Positions 27,504 through 35,729 are shown, counted from the stretch's first letter. The stretch is 37,035 nt of DNA from a virus (IMGVR_UViG_3300008255_000254:1-37035), one strand, 5' to 3'. Notes: generated from the sequence alone by a model not told the origin. Numbers and translations are program-made.

Positions 27504-27742
27504 GCGCGGGCCTTCTTATTGCGGAGCTGATACTCGCCGTATTCGGAGCCGTTGCTGTCGGTCTTCCAGACGGTGACAATTTCCTTGCCCTCGGGAACGA
27601 GGCGCCGGTGGGAGGTGCGGAGCTTGTGGATCGTGTCGCTCACGCGGTAACGACCGTGCTCGGCGGAGCCTGTGACCTCGGTGATGTGGCCGCGGTTCAG
27701 CAGGGTGTGCAGGGTGAGCTGCACCTTCGTTTTCTTGGACAA
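27500..27742 (-). CDS. Small winged-helix-like protein
   Basis: LLNRGHIT...RVSDTIHKLR...YGEYQL; AGGAG RBS, TTG start. Confidence 0.65.
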   Translation of the reverse strand: MSKKTKVQLTLHTLLNRGHITEVTGSAEHGRYRVSDTIHKLRTSHRRLVPEGKEIVTVWKTDSNGSEYGEYQLRNKKARA

Positions 27743-27753
27743 TGGGAGTGCTC

Positions 27754-28212
27754 CTATTTCTGGTTAAGGGAGGCCCACCACTTCTTCACGTCGAAGGATG
27801 GGCAGGCTTTGGCGACGCCGGGGACGTCACGGTGGCCGATGACCTCCGCCGCCGGATGCTCACGCTTGAGCTTCCGAACGATGGCCTCCAGCGAGGCCCA
27901 TTGGGCTGGGGTGTAGTTGTTCTCGCCGAGGCCCCGCTTGAACTCGGGGGAGCCCGCGGGAGGCGAACCGCCAACGAGACAGACAGCCAGCGAGACCTTG
28001 TTGATCTTACGCTCGTGAGCGCCGGGGGCCGTGGGGTCTCGGCCGTTCTCGGTGGTGCCGTCGCGGCGGATAAAGTAGTGGTAGCCGATGGTGCGGAAGC
28101 CGCGCTGACGGTGCCAGCGTTCGATTTCTGCAGCGCCAATGTCGCTGGTGGCGGGCGTTGCCGCGCAGTGGATAGCGATGAACTTGACGTTGTTCAGGAG
28201 GTTATATTTCAA
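27754..28212 (-). CDS. N-acetylmuramoyl-L-alanine amidase (T7 lysozyme gp3.5-like)
   Basis: IHCAAT, WHRQRGF..IGYHYFIRRDG, GAH, GHRD, KACPSFD; start either TTG 28212 or TTG 28221. Confidence 0.95.
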   Translation of the reverse strand: MKYNLLNNVKFIAIHCAATPATSDIGAAEIERWHRQRGFRTIGYHYFIRRDGTTENGRDPTAPGAHERKINKVSLAVCLVGGSPPAGSPEFKRGLGENNYTPAQWASLEAIVRKLKREHPAAEVIGHRDVPGVAKACPSFDVKKWWASLNQK

Positions 28213-28615
28213 GGTCCTCAATCGTGACTATGATGTGACCCGCTTCCCCCGGCGCCGCCCAACGCTTGCGCGTCAGGAGGTCGAGGACCTGCGTGTCGTC
28301 ATCCCACACGTTCTGTGTGCGAGTGATGGCGTCGAGAACGCCTTTGGCGTAGTTATCGACGTCGGGTTTTGGGGCGATGAGCTTGGTGGTGTTCGGGCGG
28401 GTCGCGAAGCTGGCGACAGTGGCGAACACAGGGCCGTCGAACTTGTGCAACGCAGTCCCCTCAAGGACGCTGACAATATCGTTGAGATACTGCTGGTAAT
28501 CCTTGGGGGAATACATCGACACGATAGGCGCACGGCCCCGAGGCGTTATGATGCGCGCTCGGGGCCGTGGTGTGGGCTTGGGTTCGACGTCCAGACGGAA
28601 CGTCAGCGTGGGCAA
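28202..28615 (-). CDS. rusA: RusA-family Holliday junction resolvase
   Basis: PKPTPRPR, KPDVDNYAKGVLDA, WDDDTQV motifs. Confidence 0.88.
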   Translation of the reverse strand: MPTLTFRLDVEPKPTPRPRARIITPRGRAPIVSMYSPKDYQQYLNDIVSVLEGTALHKFDGPVFATVASFATRPNTTKLIAPKPDVDNYAKGVLDAITRTQNVWDDDTQVLDLLTRKRWAAPGEAGHIIVTIEDLEI

Positions 28616-28618
28616 GGC

Positions 28619-29308
28619 TTAGAGGCCGTCGCCCACATCGCCGTCGTCTTTGTCGCCCGAGGTTTCATCCTCGAACGCCTCGACGTTGTCGAGGTCGTCG
28701 CCTTCTTCTTCCTCGAAGCCGTAGCCGGAAGCGTCGCGCTCACCGAACTGGACGAGGGTAAGAAGCTGCGCCGCGTTGAGGCGGAAGCTGACGCCGACCG
28801 TCTTGTCGTTCGGGGCGTAGTAGGGGAACAGCTCGACGTTGAGCTTCATGGTCGAGCCCGAGCCGATCTGGGGCGGCCGGTCGAGCTTCTTGCCGCGAGC
28901 CGAGAAGATGTCCGGCTTGCGCTTCCACGGCTTGTTGGTCTTCTTCGAGATGCCCGAAGCGGTCATCGCGGCGTTGATGATGATGCGGCCAGTTTCCTCG
29001 CCGGTATCGCCATCTTCTTCGGCCTTGAAGGGGTCGACCTTCTCGATGGCGTCGACGGTCTTCTTGATGAGGCCCTTCTTGCCCTGCTTCGTGAGCTTCT
29101 CGGTGATTTCCTCGACGACCTCGTCATACTTGGCGTCGATCAGAGCCGAGACTTGCTCGCGCAGGTCCGAGATGTCGGTGTCAGCCTCGAACGCGAGCTT
29201 GACGGTGTATTTGCCCTCTGCCTTGTATTTGGTGTCGGGGGTGTTCAGGTTCGCCCACAGGGCGGTGCCCACAGGGGTGCGGACCTTGGGGAAGTTTTGG
29301 CCTGCCAA
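28619..29308 (-). CDS. Single-stranded DNA-binding protein (gp2.5-like)
   Basis: TPVG.ALWANLNTPDTKY...GKY, IGSGS, GVSFRLNAAQL, acidic tail; GGAG 9 nt before TTG 29308 (ORF-track start 29341 is the alternative). Confidence 0.9.
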   Translation of the reverse strand: MAGQNFPKVRTPVGTALWANLNTPDTKYKAEGKYTVKLAFEADTDISDLREQVSALIDAKYDEVVEEITEKLTKQGKKGLIKKTVDAIEKVDPFKAEEDGDTGEETGRIIINAAMTASGISKKTNKPWKRKPDIFSARGKKLDRPPQIGSGSTMKLNVELFPYYAPNDKTVGVSFRLNAAQLLTLVQFGERDASGYGFEEEEGDDLDNVEAFEDETSGDKDDGDVGDGL

Positions 29309-29309
29309 T

Positions 29310-29456
29310 TCAGGATACTCCGGTGTGCGCCTCGCGGACATCGTCCTCGAAGGCTTGGGGGTGGACGCCGAGCTCGATGGCTTCGGCGATGTCGACTAGG
29401 TCTGGGGTGTCGCGCTCGGCCGCGACGCGCTGCACAAGGGCCTTGTAGGCTGTCAC
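29310..29456 (-). CDS. Hypothetical protein, 48 aa
   Basis: GTGA-coupled; MTAYKALVQRVAAERDTPDLVDIAEAIELGVHPQAFEDD...; fills gap exactly; below ORF-track cutoff. Confidence 0.6.
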   Translation of the reverse strand: MTAYKALVQRVAAERDTPDLVDIAEAIELGVHPQAFEDDVREAHTGVS

Positions 29457-29731
29457 AGCAGCTCGCCCTTTGCGTAATCCGAGATAGCTTCGAGGTCGCC
29501 GTTGCGGACACTTTCAGCGTCGGCGAGTTGGCGCTTGGCGCGCACCACGAGAGCATGGGGGTCTTCGCCGATGGCAAGAGAGAGTGCCACGAAGGCAATG
29601 CCCGCCGCCTCGATCTGGATGTCTCGCGGCTGCGTTTGCAGGGCGTCAATCACGGAGAAGGCGGCGGACTTGAGGGGCCGCAGCGAGGACCGGAAGGCAA
29701 TCCGATCCCGCGCCGTGGCGTAGGTCATCAT
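29453..29731 (-). CDS. Hypothetical protein, 92 aa
   Basis: ATGA-coupled, helical, codon usage like neighbours. Confidence 0.75.
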   Translation of the reverse strand: MMTYATARDRIAFRSSLRPLKSAAFSVIDALQTQPRDIQIEAAGIAFVALSLAIGEDPHALVVRAKRQLADAESVRNGDLEAISDYAKGELL

Positions 29732-30189
29732 ACTTCGATGGTCTCCACGAGTGAGAGGTCGACGAGACGGCCGGCTCTGGTGGATACTTTGAGGACGGCG
29801 TCGAAACGACGGGGGGTGAGGCGGGCAGCGCGGGCTGCGTCCTCGGCGGTGCGGAAGGAGACGCCGCCGAACGTGATGTAGGCGGTGCCGTAGTTGCGCA
29901 GGGTAGCGGCGCGGTAGGACACCTCGACGGGCGAGGGTTCCTCGTAGTTCACGAGGTCGTCTGCACAATCGTAGCACGAGAAGCGACCATCTTCTGTGTA
30001 GCCGTTGAGCTCTGTGCCTCCGTCAGGGTTCTGCACCTGCGCGATGACGGTGTCGCGTTTCGCGAAGTAGCAGGCAGCATCTCCGTCTTGCAGGAGGTCC
30101 TTGAGTTCTGCGGTGGCGGCGGTGGTCAGGATGGTGACGGTGCGCCCGTCGCGGGTGCGGACGGGCTTCGTCAGATCGAGCTTGGACAT
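29728..30189 (-). CDS. Hypothetical protein, 153 aa
   Basis: AAGGAG RBS after promoter; LDLTKPVRTRDGR motif common in phage proteins. Confidence 0.78.
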   Translation of the reverse strand: MSKLDLTKPVRTRDGRTVTILTTAATAELKDLLQDGDAACYFAKRDTVIAQVQNPDGGTELNGYTEDGRFSCYDCADDLVNYEEPSPVEVSYRAATLRNYGTAYITFGGVSFRTAEDAARAARLTPRRFDAVLKVSTRAGRLVDLSLVETIEV

Positions 30190-30217
30190 GGTGTTGCTCC
30201 TTGGGAAATCAGGCGGG

Positions 30218-30249
30218 AATGTTTCATCCCCCAAGGGGTGGCAGTAATT
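30218..30249 (-). promoter_or_regulatory. Phage RNAP promoter, predicted +1 at 30232
   Basis: AATTACTGCCACCCCTT-GGGGGATGAAACATT. Confidence 0.87.
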
Positions 30250-30253
30250 GAGG

Positions 30254-30487
30254 TCAGACGAGGTGGCCTTGGCGGCGCAGCTCGGCGAGGACCTCCTCTG
30301 CGACGTGGTCCCCGATGTCTCGGGCGGCGCGGCGCAGGCGTTCGCCGTGCTCCTGCCGGGTCTCGGCGGGGTAGTCGTAGGGCTCGTCGAACGCACTCCT
30401 AGGCGTCGGCTAGAAGCGGTATGCGTTGTAGGACAGCGGGAGCATCGTGGAGAGGCGACCGCGGTTGTGTTCTACCTTAACCGACAT
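30254..30487 (-). pseudogene. Hypothetical 77-codon gene with in-frame TAG at 30410-30412
   Basis: TGATG-coupled start with GGAGG RBS; frame continues 51 sense codons after the TAG to a TGA 4 nt before the next promoter. Confidence 0.6.
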
Positions 30488-30606
30488 CAGCGGGCCTCCT
30501 TCGAGGAAGCCACGGCGTCGCCAACGCGGACGGTGGTGCCGGTGGTTTCGGCGAGTTGACGGGCGAGGCGCGCACGGGCCTCGGCGGACAGGGTGATGGT
30601 CTTCAT
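30487..30606 (-). CDS. Hypothetical protein, 39 aa
   Basis: GGAG RBS, first ORF after promoter, MKTITLSAEARARLARQL. Confidence 0.6.
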   Translation of the reverse strand: MKTITLSAEARARLARQLAETTGTTVRVGDAVASSKEAR

Positions 30607-30635
30607 GGGTGTGTCTCCGTGAAAATGAGGGCCGG

Positions 30636-30667
30636 AATGTTTCATCCGCCAAGGGGTGGCAGTAATC
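30636..30667 (-). promoter_or_regulatory. Phage RNAP promoter, predicted +1 at 30650
   Basis: GATTACTGCCACCCCTT-GGCGGATGAAACATT, just after RNAP gene. Confidence 0.87.
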
Positions 30668-30701
30668 GCCCCGGCCCCGGATTGATGCAGCTCTGGGAGT
30701 A

Positions 30702-33185
30702 TTATGCGAACGTGTATTGAGCGCCGAGGATTTCGGAGAGGTCGAGGTCTCCGGCGGTCGGCGGGGGTGGCAGTTGCGCGGCGAGTTCTTCGCCGAGCTG
30801 GCTCTTGAGCTCCTCGTAGAACGTCCCGAGCACGTCGCCCGAGTATTGCTCCACGAAGGTCTCGCGCAGCATCCGCGACATTGCGTCGGTGTCCGCTGCA
30901 TGGGTCCCGAAGCTGTCGTGGATCACGGCAAGGTGACGGACGCCTTCCGCCTTCGCCGCCAGTGCCACGGCCTGCAGATGGCAGGCGTCGAGCGAGTGGA
31001 CGAAGTTCGGGGCGACGCCGTTCGCTTGCGCGCGGCCATCCAGCTTCTCGGTTTCGGACTGCACCTTGAGGCGCACACGGGTCCCAGACCAGTGGACGTT
31101 GACGTCCTTGCCGGTGAACACCTTGTATTCCTGCAGGATGGGAAGACCGAGAGGCGTCGTCCACCACAAGGGCAGACCTTCCTCTGCGGCGACCTTCGCA
31201 GCCGAGCGCAGCCAATCCATCGCCACGGCCGCCGAGGAGACAGTCGCAGAGATGGAACTAAATAGGACGTGAGACATCCAAACGGCCGACCGGAAGTTGT
31301 CCGCGCCATTCAGATAGGGAGCCTTACCGGCCGCCTCATTGTCCCGGTCGATTTCCCGAAGGGTCGAGAGGATCATGTCCTGCATCCCGGCGCGGGTCGC
31401 CGAATAGCAGAAGGTCATGGTGGGGCGCTTGGCAATCTTCCGATTGACCTTGCCGCCCTGCCACGGGTTCGGGAACGAGACCTCCTCGCCGGTCGCCTTG
31501 TCGACGTAGGTGATGAAGGTGGTCGCGTCGGCCTCCTCTTGCGCACGTCGCGCCACCTCCGAGTAAACGTCCTGCGGCTTGTCAGCCGGGAGGAGGTTCA
31601 CCGCCGCCCCGCCAGTCCGGTCGCGGAGCATGGCGGAGAAGTGTTGGAGACCCGAGCAGGAACCGTCGAGAGCGATGGGCAGGAACGACACGAACTGCGT
31701 CGGGTCATCTAGCTGCATCGCCCGGTTCAGCTCCACACAGGCCGCAAGGGCGCAGTAGGGGCTGTCGGCGGTGGTCCAGAAGCGTTGCCCGTCGAGCGGG
31801 TTGGCGCCGCTGTCGAGGATGGCGTCGAGGTTCTCCACGACCCACGCGAGGCGGTCGTCGAAGCTGGCCTTGTCCACGCCGAACAGGTTGGCGATGTGGA
31901 TTTGTAGCCAGCGGAACCCTTGGAGTCCGAGAGGCTTACCGTGGGAGAACCGGAGGAGCGCCTTCTGCCAATCGCAGCCTTGCGGCGAGGGGCCGAAAAC
32001 AGGGATCGGATAGACCCGGCCCCGAAAGTCCAGCTCGTGGGGGTAGTAGATTTCCGGCTCGTCCGCGAACTTGCGGGCGACCCAGATGCCTTGATGCACG
32101 GCGAGGCGCGAGGAGACGAGGTCGGCATTGCGCTGATAGACGCTCGCCGCTTCGCGCTTCCACTTGATCCGCGCTTCCTCGTTGGTGTCGATGTCCTCCG
32201 GCTTGGCAGGCACCGGCTCGTCGTGACGCTTCGGGAGCCCGCCGAGCGAGCCGCCTTCGTCCCAGAGATGGGACAATACGTCGAGAACGTCGGTGTTGAT
32301 GGCCCACGGGGTCTCCTGAATGTGGTTCACCGCATCATAGATCGTCTCGATGTCAGCGTTGCGGAGCTCCTCGTGATAGGCCCGGTTGCGCTGCTTGATG
32401 AGCACGTTGTTCGGGCGAGGGGTCAGGTAGCCGCCGTAGGTTGGCGAGCGCCAGCGACGCGGGCGCACCAGCATCGGCATATGGATCGGCTCCAGCAGCG
32501 CGCACCGGGCGTGTTGCTTGTCGAACCATGCGACGAGGTCCTCGGTCGCGCGCAGCTTGTAGATGGTCGTCTTGGCGCGCTTCACCATCTCACGGGCGAA
32601 CAGCCCGGTCGCTTCGATGACGATGTCGATGAGCTTGTCGCCGAGGTTCAGGAGGTCAGCCTGCGACGCCTCGATGCGGACGCCTTCGCTGGCAAACAGC
32701 TTCTTGACCGCGTCCTTGCGCTGGCGTGAATAGCCACGGGCTTCCTGCGCCTTGAGGAGACCGCGGTAGCCCTTGCCGTTCTCCGAACGCAGCGCCTCAT
32801 ATTCGAGGTGCTCGACCACGGCCCCGCCGAGGTTGATGGCGACCGAGGTGAGGTTCTTGTCGGCCATCGCGTGGTTCACGAGGGTCCGCACCGCGAGGTA
32901 GGCGAGCGCGTCGGGTTCCGCGAGGAGACAGTAGGAGACGGCGGAGTGCCGACGTCCTGCCTTGCCGTTGCAAGCCTCGTGGATGAAGGCGGAGATGTGC
33001 TGCGACACAGGCTCGATGCAGAGCTTGAGGAGCTGCTTGCCGGGAGGAAGGTTGGCCTCCTCGTCAGGCGACCCCGCCTCGGGCTTCCACGGGAGCTTGC
33101 GGGCATTGTAGCGGCGTTCGCCGAGGGCGCGGCTGTCGTCTTCGAGTTCGAGCTGGCGGCGGATGCGGTCGCGGATGTTCGTCAT
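30702..33185 (-). CDS. Single-subunit DNA-directed RNA polymerase (T7 gp1-like)
   Basis: 827 aa; DFRGRVY, DGSCSGLQH, RKIAKRPTMTFCY, PNFVHSLDA, IHDSFGTH. Confidence 0.98.
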   Translation of the reverse strand: MTNIRDRIRRQLELEDDSRALGERRYNARKLPWKPEAGSPDEEANLPPGKQLLKLCIEPVSQHISAFIHEACNGKAGRRHSAVSYCLLAEPDALAYLAVRTLVNHAMADKNLTSVAINLGGAVVEHLEYEALRSENGKGYRGLLKAQEARGYSRQRKDAVKKLFASEGVRIEASQADLLNLGDKLIDIVIEATGLFAREMVKRAKTTIYKLRATEDLVAWFDKQHARCALLEPIHMPMLVRPRRWRSPTYGGYLTPRPNNVLIKQRNRAYHEELRNADIETIYDAVNHIQETPWAINTDVLDVLSHLWDEGGSLGGLPKRHDEPVPAKPEDIDTNEEARIKWKREAASVYQRNADLVSSRLAVHQGIWVARKFADEPEIYYPHELDFRGRVYPIPVFGPSPQGCDWQKALLRFSHGKPLGLQGFRWLQIHIANLFGVDKASFDDRLAWVVENLDAILDSGANPLDGQRFWTTADSPYCALAACVELNRAMQLDDPTQFVSFLPIALDGSCSGLQHFSAMLRDRTGGAAVNLLPADKPQDVYSEVARRAQEEADATTFITYVDKATGEEVSFPNPWQGGKVNRKIAKRPTMTFCYSATRAGMQDMILSTLREIDRDNEAAGKAPYLNGADNFRSAVWMSHVLFSSISATVSSAAVAMDWLRSAAKVAAEEGLPLWWTTPLGLPILQEYKVFTGKDVNVHWSGTRVRLKVQSETEKLDGRAQANGVAPNFVHSLDACHLQAVALAAKAEGVRHLAVIHDSFGTHAADTDAMSRMLRETFVEQYSGDVLGTFYEELKSQLGEELAAQLPPPPTAGDLDLSEILGAQYTFA

Positions 33186-33256
33186 TGTGTGTCCTTCCGG
33201 TTCAGGGATTGGGGCCCCGGCAATCGGGGCCCGAGGAGTCAGGCGCAGAGATGGGA

Positions 33257-33286
33257 GTGTTTCTCGGCCGAAGGGCGGCAGTAATC
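33257..33286 (-). promoter_or_regulatory. Phage RNAP promoter upstream of the RNAP gene, predicted +1 at 33269
   Basis: GATTACTGCCGCCCTTC-GGCCGAGAAACAC. Confidence 0.78.
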
Positions 33287-33989
33287 AGTCCAGCCCAAGG
33301 ATGCTGCGGGCCTTGGCGCGGCGGGCGGCCTCTGCGGCGGCGGCTTCTGCGGCCTTGGCTTGAGCCCCGACGGCACGGCGTTTGCCGAGCTCCCGCTTGA
33401 TGGCGGCGCGGACGAACTCGTCCCCGTAGTCCCCGGCAATGATAGCGTGGAGGTTCTCGGTGCCCATCTCGGAGACCCGCTTCACCGCGCCCTCCTTATC
33501 CACCCACTCGGGGTCGAATAGGTCCCGACGGAGCGCGGCGTTCTCCTCACGGAGCGCGGCCATCTCCGCCCCGAGCTCCTTGAGAGCGTCGAGGAAGACC
33601 TGCGGGAGCGGCATCTCCTCGCAGGTGTCGGCGTGGGCCTTGGCTCGGGCCTCCTCGTTCAGGAGGTAGCCTCCCGTCTTGCGGATGGCCGGCAGGACCT
33701 CCCGCGTGACCCAATCTTGGAACTGGCGGGCCTCCGGTTTGTCGGAGCGCATGATGAGCTTGTAGAGGCCGCTCTCGCTAACGGCAGTCGCCCCCGCTCC
33801 CCGCAAACCCACGACGTGAGCGTGGGTAATGATGCGCTTCTCGTCGTCGCCTAGGCGCCCAAGGTGTTTGTGCGTTCCCTTGGTAAGGTCGAGCCCGAGG
33901 CACCGGCAGACGTCAGCCGCGACGAACCACGGGGTCTCGTCGAGGTCGATGGTGCGGAGGCTCTGATCGGCGAATTGAAACGTGTTCAT
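33285..33989 (-). CDS. Bro-N domain protein (antirepressor-like)
   Basis: PWFVAADVC..LGL, VSESGLYKLIMRSDKPEARQFQDWVTREVLPAIRKTGGY. Confidence 0.92.
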   Translation of the reverse strand: MNTFQFADQSLRTIDLDETPWFVAADVCRCLGLDLTKGTHKHLGRLGDDEKRIITHAHVVGLRGAGATAVSESGLYKLIMRSDKPEARQFQDWVTREVLPAIRKTGGYLLNEEARAKAHADTCEEMPLPQVFLDALKELGAEMAALREENAALRRDLFDPEWVDKEGAVKRVSEMGTENLHAIIAGDYGDEFVRAAIKRELGKRRAVGAQAKAAEAAAAEAARRAKARSILGLD

Positions 33990-34020
33990 TGGTGTCTCCT
34001 AAAGTTCTCTTACGGTGGGT

Positions 34021-34052
34021 GATGTTCCATCCCCCGAAGGGTGGCAGTAATC
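34021..34052 (-). promoter_or_regulatory. Phage RNAP promoter, predicted +1 at 34035
   Basis: GATTACTGCCACCCTTC-GGGGGATGGAACATC. Confidence 0.82.
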
Positions 34053-34070
34053 GGCGGGGGTCTGGGAAGC

Positions 34071-34357
34071 TGGCACGATGTGGCACGGGCACGATCCTCC
34101 CGTCTCTGGGACTATCGTGCCAAAACGTGCCAGCGGGGGTGTGCCAGCATCGTGCCAACTGTCACACCCCCGTTTTCCGGGATAAATTACTGATTTTATT
34201 GAGGTGATTGGCTCCCCGAGAGCCATCAGATCGTTCCTTTTCAGTGGGTTAGGGGTGACGTGCCGGGAATAGGTGTGCCATTGGTGGCACGATTACTCCC
34301 AGAGACAGGATGATCCCGGCTTTCACCCTTGTTGTCCGTTTGAGGCTGCGATGGCAC
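34071..34357. other. attP: core at 34209-34225, IHF-like site, arm-type repeats
   Basis: TGGCT-CCCCGAG-AGCCA inverted repeat around 7 bp; minus strand CTCGGGGAGCCA resembles a tRNA 3' end; AATCAGTAATTTA (34183-34195) fits WATCARN4TTR; nine TGGCAC/GTGCCA copies on both sides. Confidence 0.8.
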
Positions 34358-35566
34358 CGTAGGTGCTAATCCTCCGTTGAGGATGACCGCTCCCCGGTGG
34401 AGGTGGGTAGGCATGAGGTGGACGTATCGCTCGGCCGTGATTTTGATGTCCGAGTGACCGAGCCAATCTCGCAGGGAGACCAGATCGAGACCACCTTCGG
34501 CGAGCCGGGTTGCGCAGGTATGCCGGAAGGTGTGGAGCTTGACCTTGGACAGATCGAAGCCGCGCTCGGCGAGGTCATCCCGGATGTTGTTCCAGAGATA
34601 CCATGCACCGGAGCCGCCCTTCTTCCACGGGAACCAGCGCCCGCCGGAGGCCATCGCGTTCAAGGCGTCGAACATGGCGACCACGCGGTCAGTGCAGGGG
34701 ACGTCGCGGGGCTTGTCGTTCTTCGCGACATAGCGGTCGATCCCGAGGTAGGTTCCCCGGTGCATCTGGCCGGTGGTCGGATCGAGCCACTGCTTCTCCC
34801 GGATCGAGGCGGGCCCGAGGGTCAGCAGCTCCCCGGCGCGGAACCCCATGTCCACCGCGATGATGTAGAACGCCTTGAACAGGAACCACGGACGCGAGGG
34901 GTCCTTCTCCCGGCGCGCGTCGATGGCTTCGAGGATTGCCTTCTCCTCCACGCGGGAGATGACGCGGTCCTGCGTGTTCTTGGCGACCACGAGCTTCGGC
35001 ATGGGCGGCCGGGACGTCAGCAATCCAGCCTCCTCCTCGTGCGTCACCCGGACGGCCTCGGTCAGGGCAGCGGAGAGGGCCATCATCTTGCGCTTGATGG
35101 TCCCCGGCCGATAGCCTGCCTCGGTCAGTCGGTCGCGCACCTTGGCGAGGTAGGGCGTGTCGACGTCCACCAGCAGCGTATCCTTGTCGAGGTAGCGCCG
35201 CAGGACGGTCGCGTTCGACTGTGACGAGCGCCAGCTCTTGCAGCCCTCGGGATCGTCGACGCCCTTCGGCTTGCGCCAGATCGTGTCGAGGCACTCCATC
35301 AGCCAGCGGTCCATCGTCATCCCACCGGGAGGCGGGACCCTCCCAGAGCTGCGCCTTTCAGGTTCGCGTCCTTTGGGTGCGACCACTGCCCCCATGCTCG
35401 GGTGCTTCGGGTGCTCGCCGGCCAGCCATGCAATGCGCTGCGCCACGGCCTCGTCCTTGTCGCGGGTATCGCAGGAGACGCGCTGGCGCTTGAGCCCGCC
35501 TTTGCCGTCGGGAACGCGCACCTCCAGAAAATAGATGCCGTTCGGTTTCGTTTTAAGATCAGCCAT
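34241..35566 (-). CDS. int: Tyrosine integrase
   Basis: GFRAGEL (R), KNDKPR (K), HTFRHT (HxxR), LGHS (H), ERYVH (Y); AAGGAGG RBS. Confidence 0.96.
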   Translation of the reverse strand: MADLKTKPNGIYFLEVRVPDGKGGLKRQRVSCDTRDKDEAVAQRIAWLAGEHPKHPSMGAVVAPKGREPERRSSGRVPPPGGMTMDRWLMECLDTIWRKPKGVDDPEGCKSWRSSQSNATVLRRYLDKDTLLVDVDTPYLAKVRDRLTEAGYRPGTIKRKMMALSAALTEAVRVTHEEEAGLLTSRPPMPKLVVAKNTQDRVISRVEEKAILEAIDARREKDPSRPWFLFKAFYIIAVDMGFRAGELLTLGPASIREKQWLDPTTGQMHRGTYLGIDRYVAKNDKPRDVPCTDRVVAMFDALNAMASGGRWFPWKKGGSGAWYLWNNIRDDLAERGFDLSKVKLHTFRHTCATRLAEGGLDLVSLRDWLGHSDIKITAERYVHLMPTHLHRGAVILNGGLAPTVPSQPQTDNKGESRDHPVSGSNRATNGTPIPGTSPLTH

Positions 35567-35729
35567 GTGCTGCCTCCTTTGCTTTCCTGATAGACGTCTG
35601 GGCCCATTCGAGGGCCTTCGCGTCGCGCTCGTCCCACCTACAATCGTCGAGGAGGTGGAGGCGCACCACGCGCTCCAGTATCCAGACAGGCAGGGTCACG
35701 TTGATGGTGCGGATTGTCTTCTCGGTCAT
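35559..35729 (-). CDS. Hypothetical protein, 56 aa, overlapping integrase start
   Basis: MTEKTIRTINVTLPVWILERVVRLHLLDDCRWDERDAKALEWAQTSIRKAKEAAHG; stop overlaps int ATG region; below ORF-track cutoff. Confidence 0.6.
   Translation of the reverse strand: MTEKTIRTINVTLPVWILERVVRLHLLDDCRWDERDAKALEWAQTSIRKAKEAAHG

Noticed and set aside
33200-33230. Pseudoknot in RNAP leader (GAUUG with CAAUC)
   Set aside because: The GGGCCCCG/CGGGGCCC hairpin is real but CAAUC abuts the stem with no linker, so the second helix is sterically unlikely
34071-34165. Short repeat array as CRISPR or iterons
   Set aside because: Units are 6-9 bp in both orientations beside an integrase and core site; no cas genes; fits arm-type sites
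30690-34304. TACTCCCAGAG present after RNAP (minus) and in the int 3' end (plus)
   Set aside because: An 11-mer pair is expected by chance in 37 kb; no shared context
421-35224. Long plus-strand ORFs (e.g. 22653-24290, 25933-27363, 28139-29881)
   Set aside because: Antisense shadows of GC-rich minus-strand genes, no recognisable motifs
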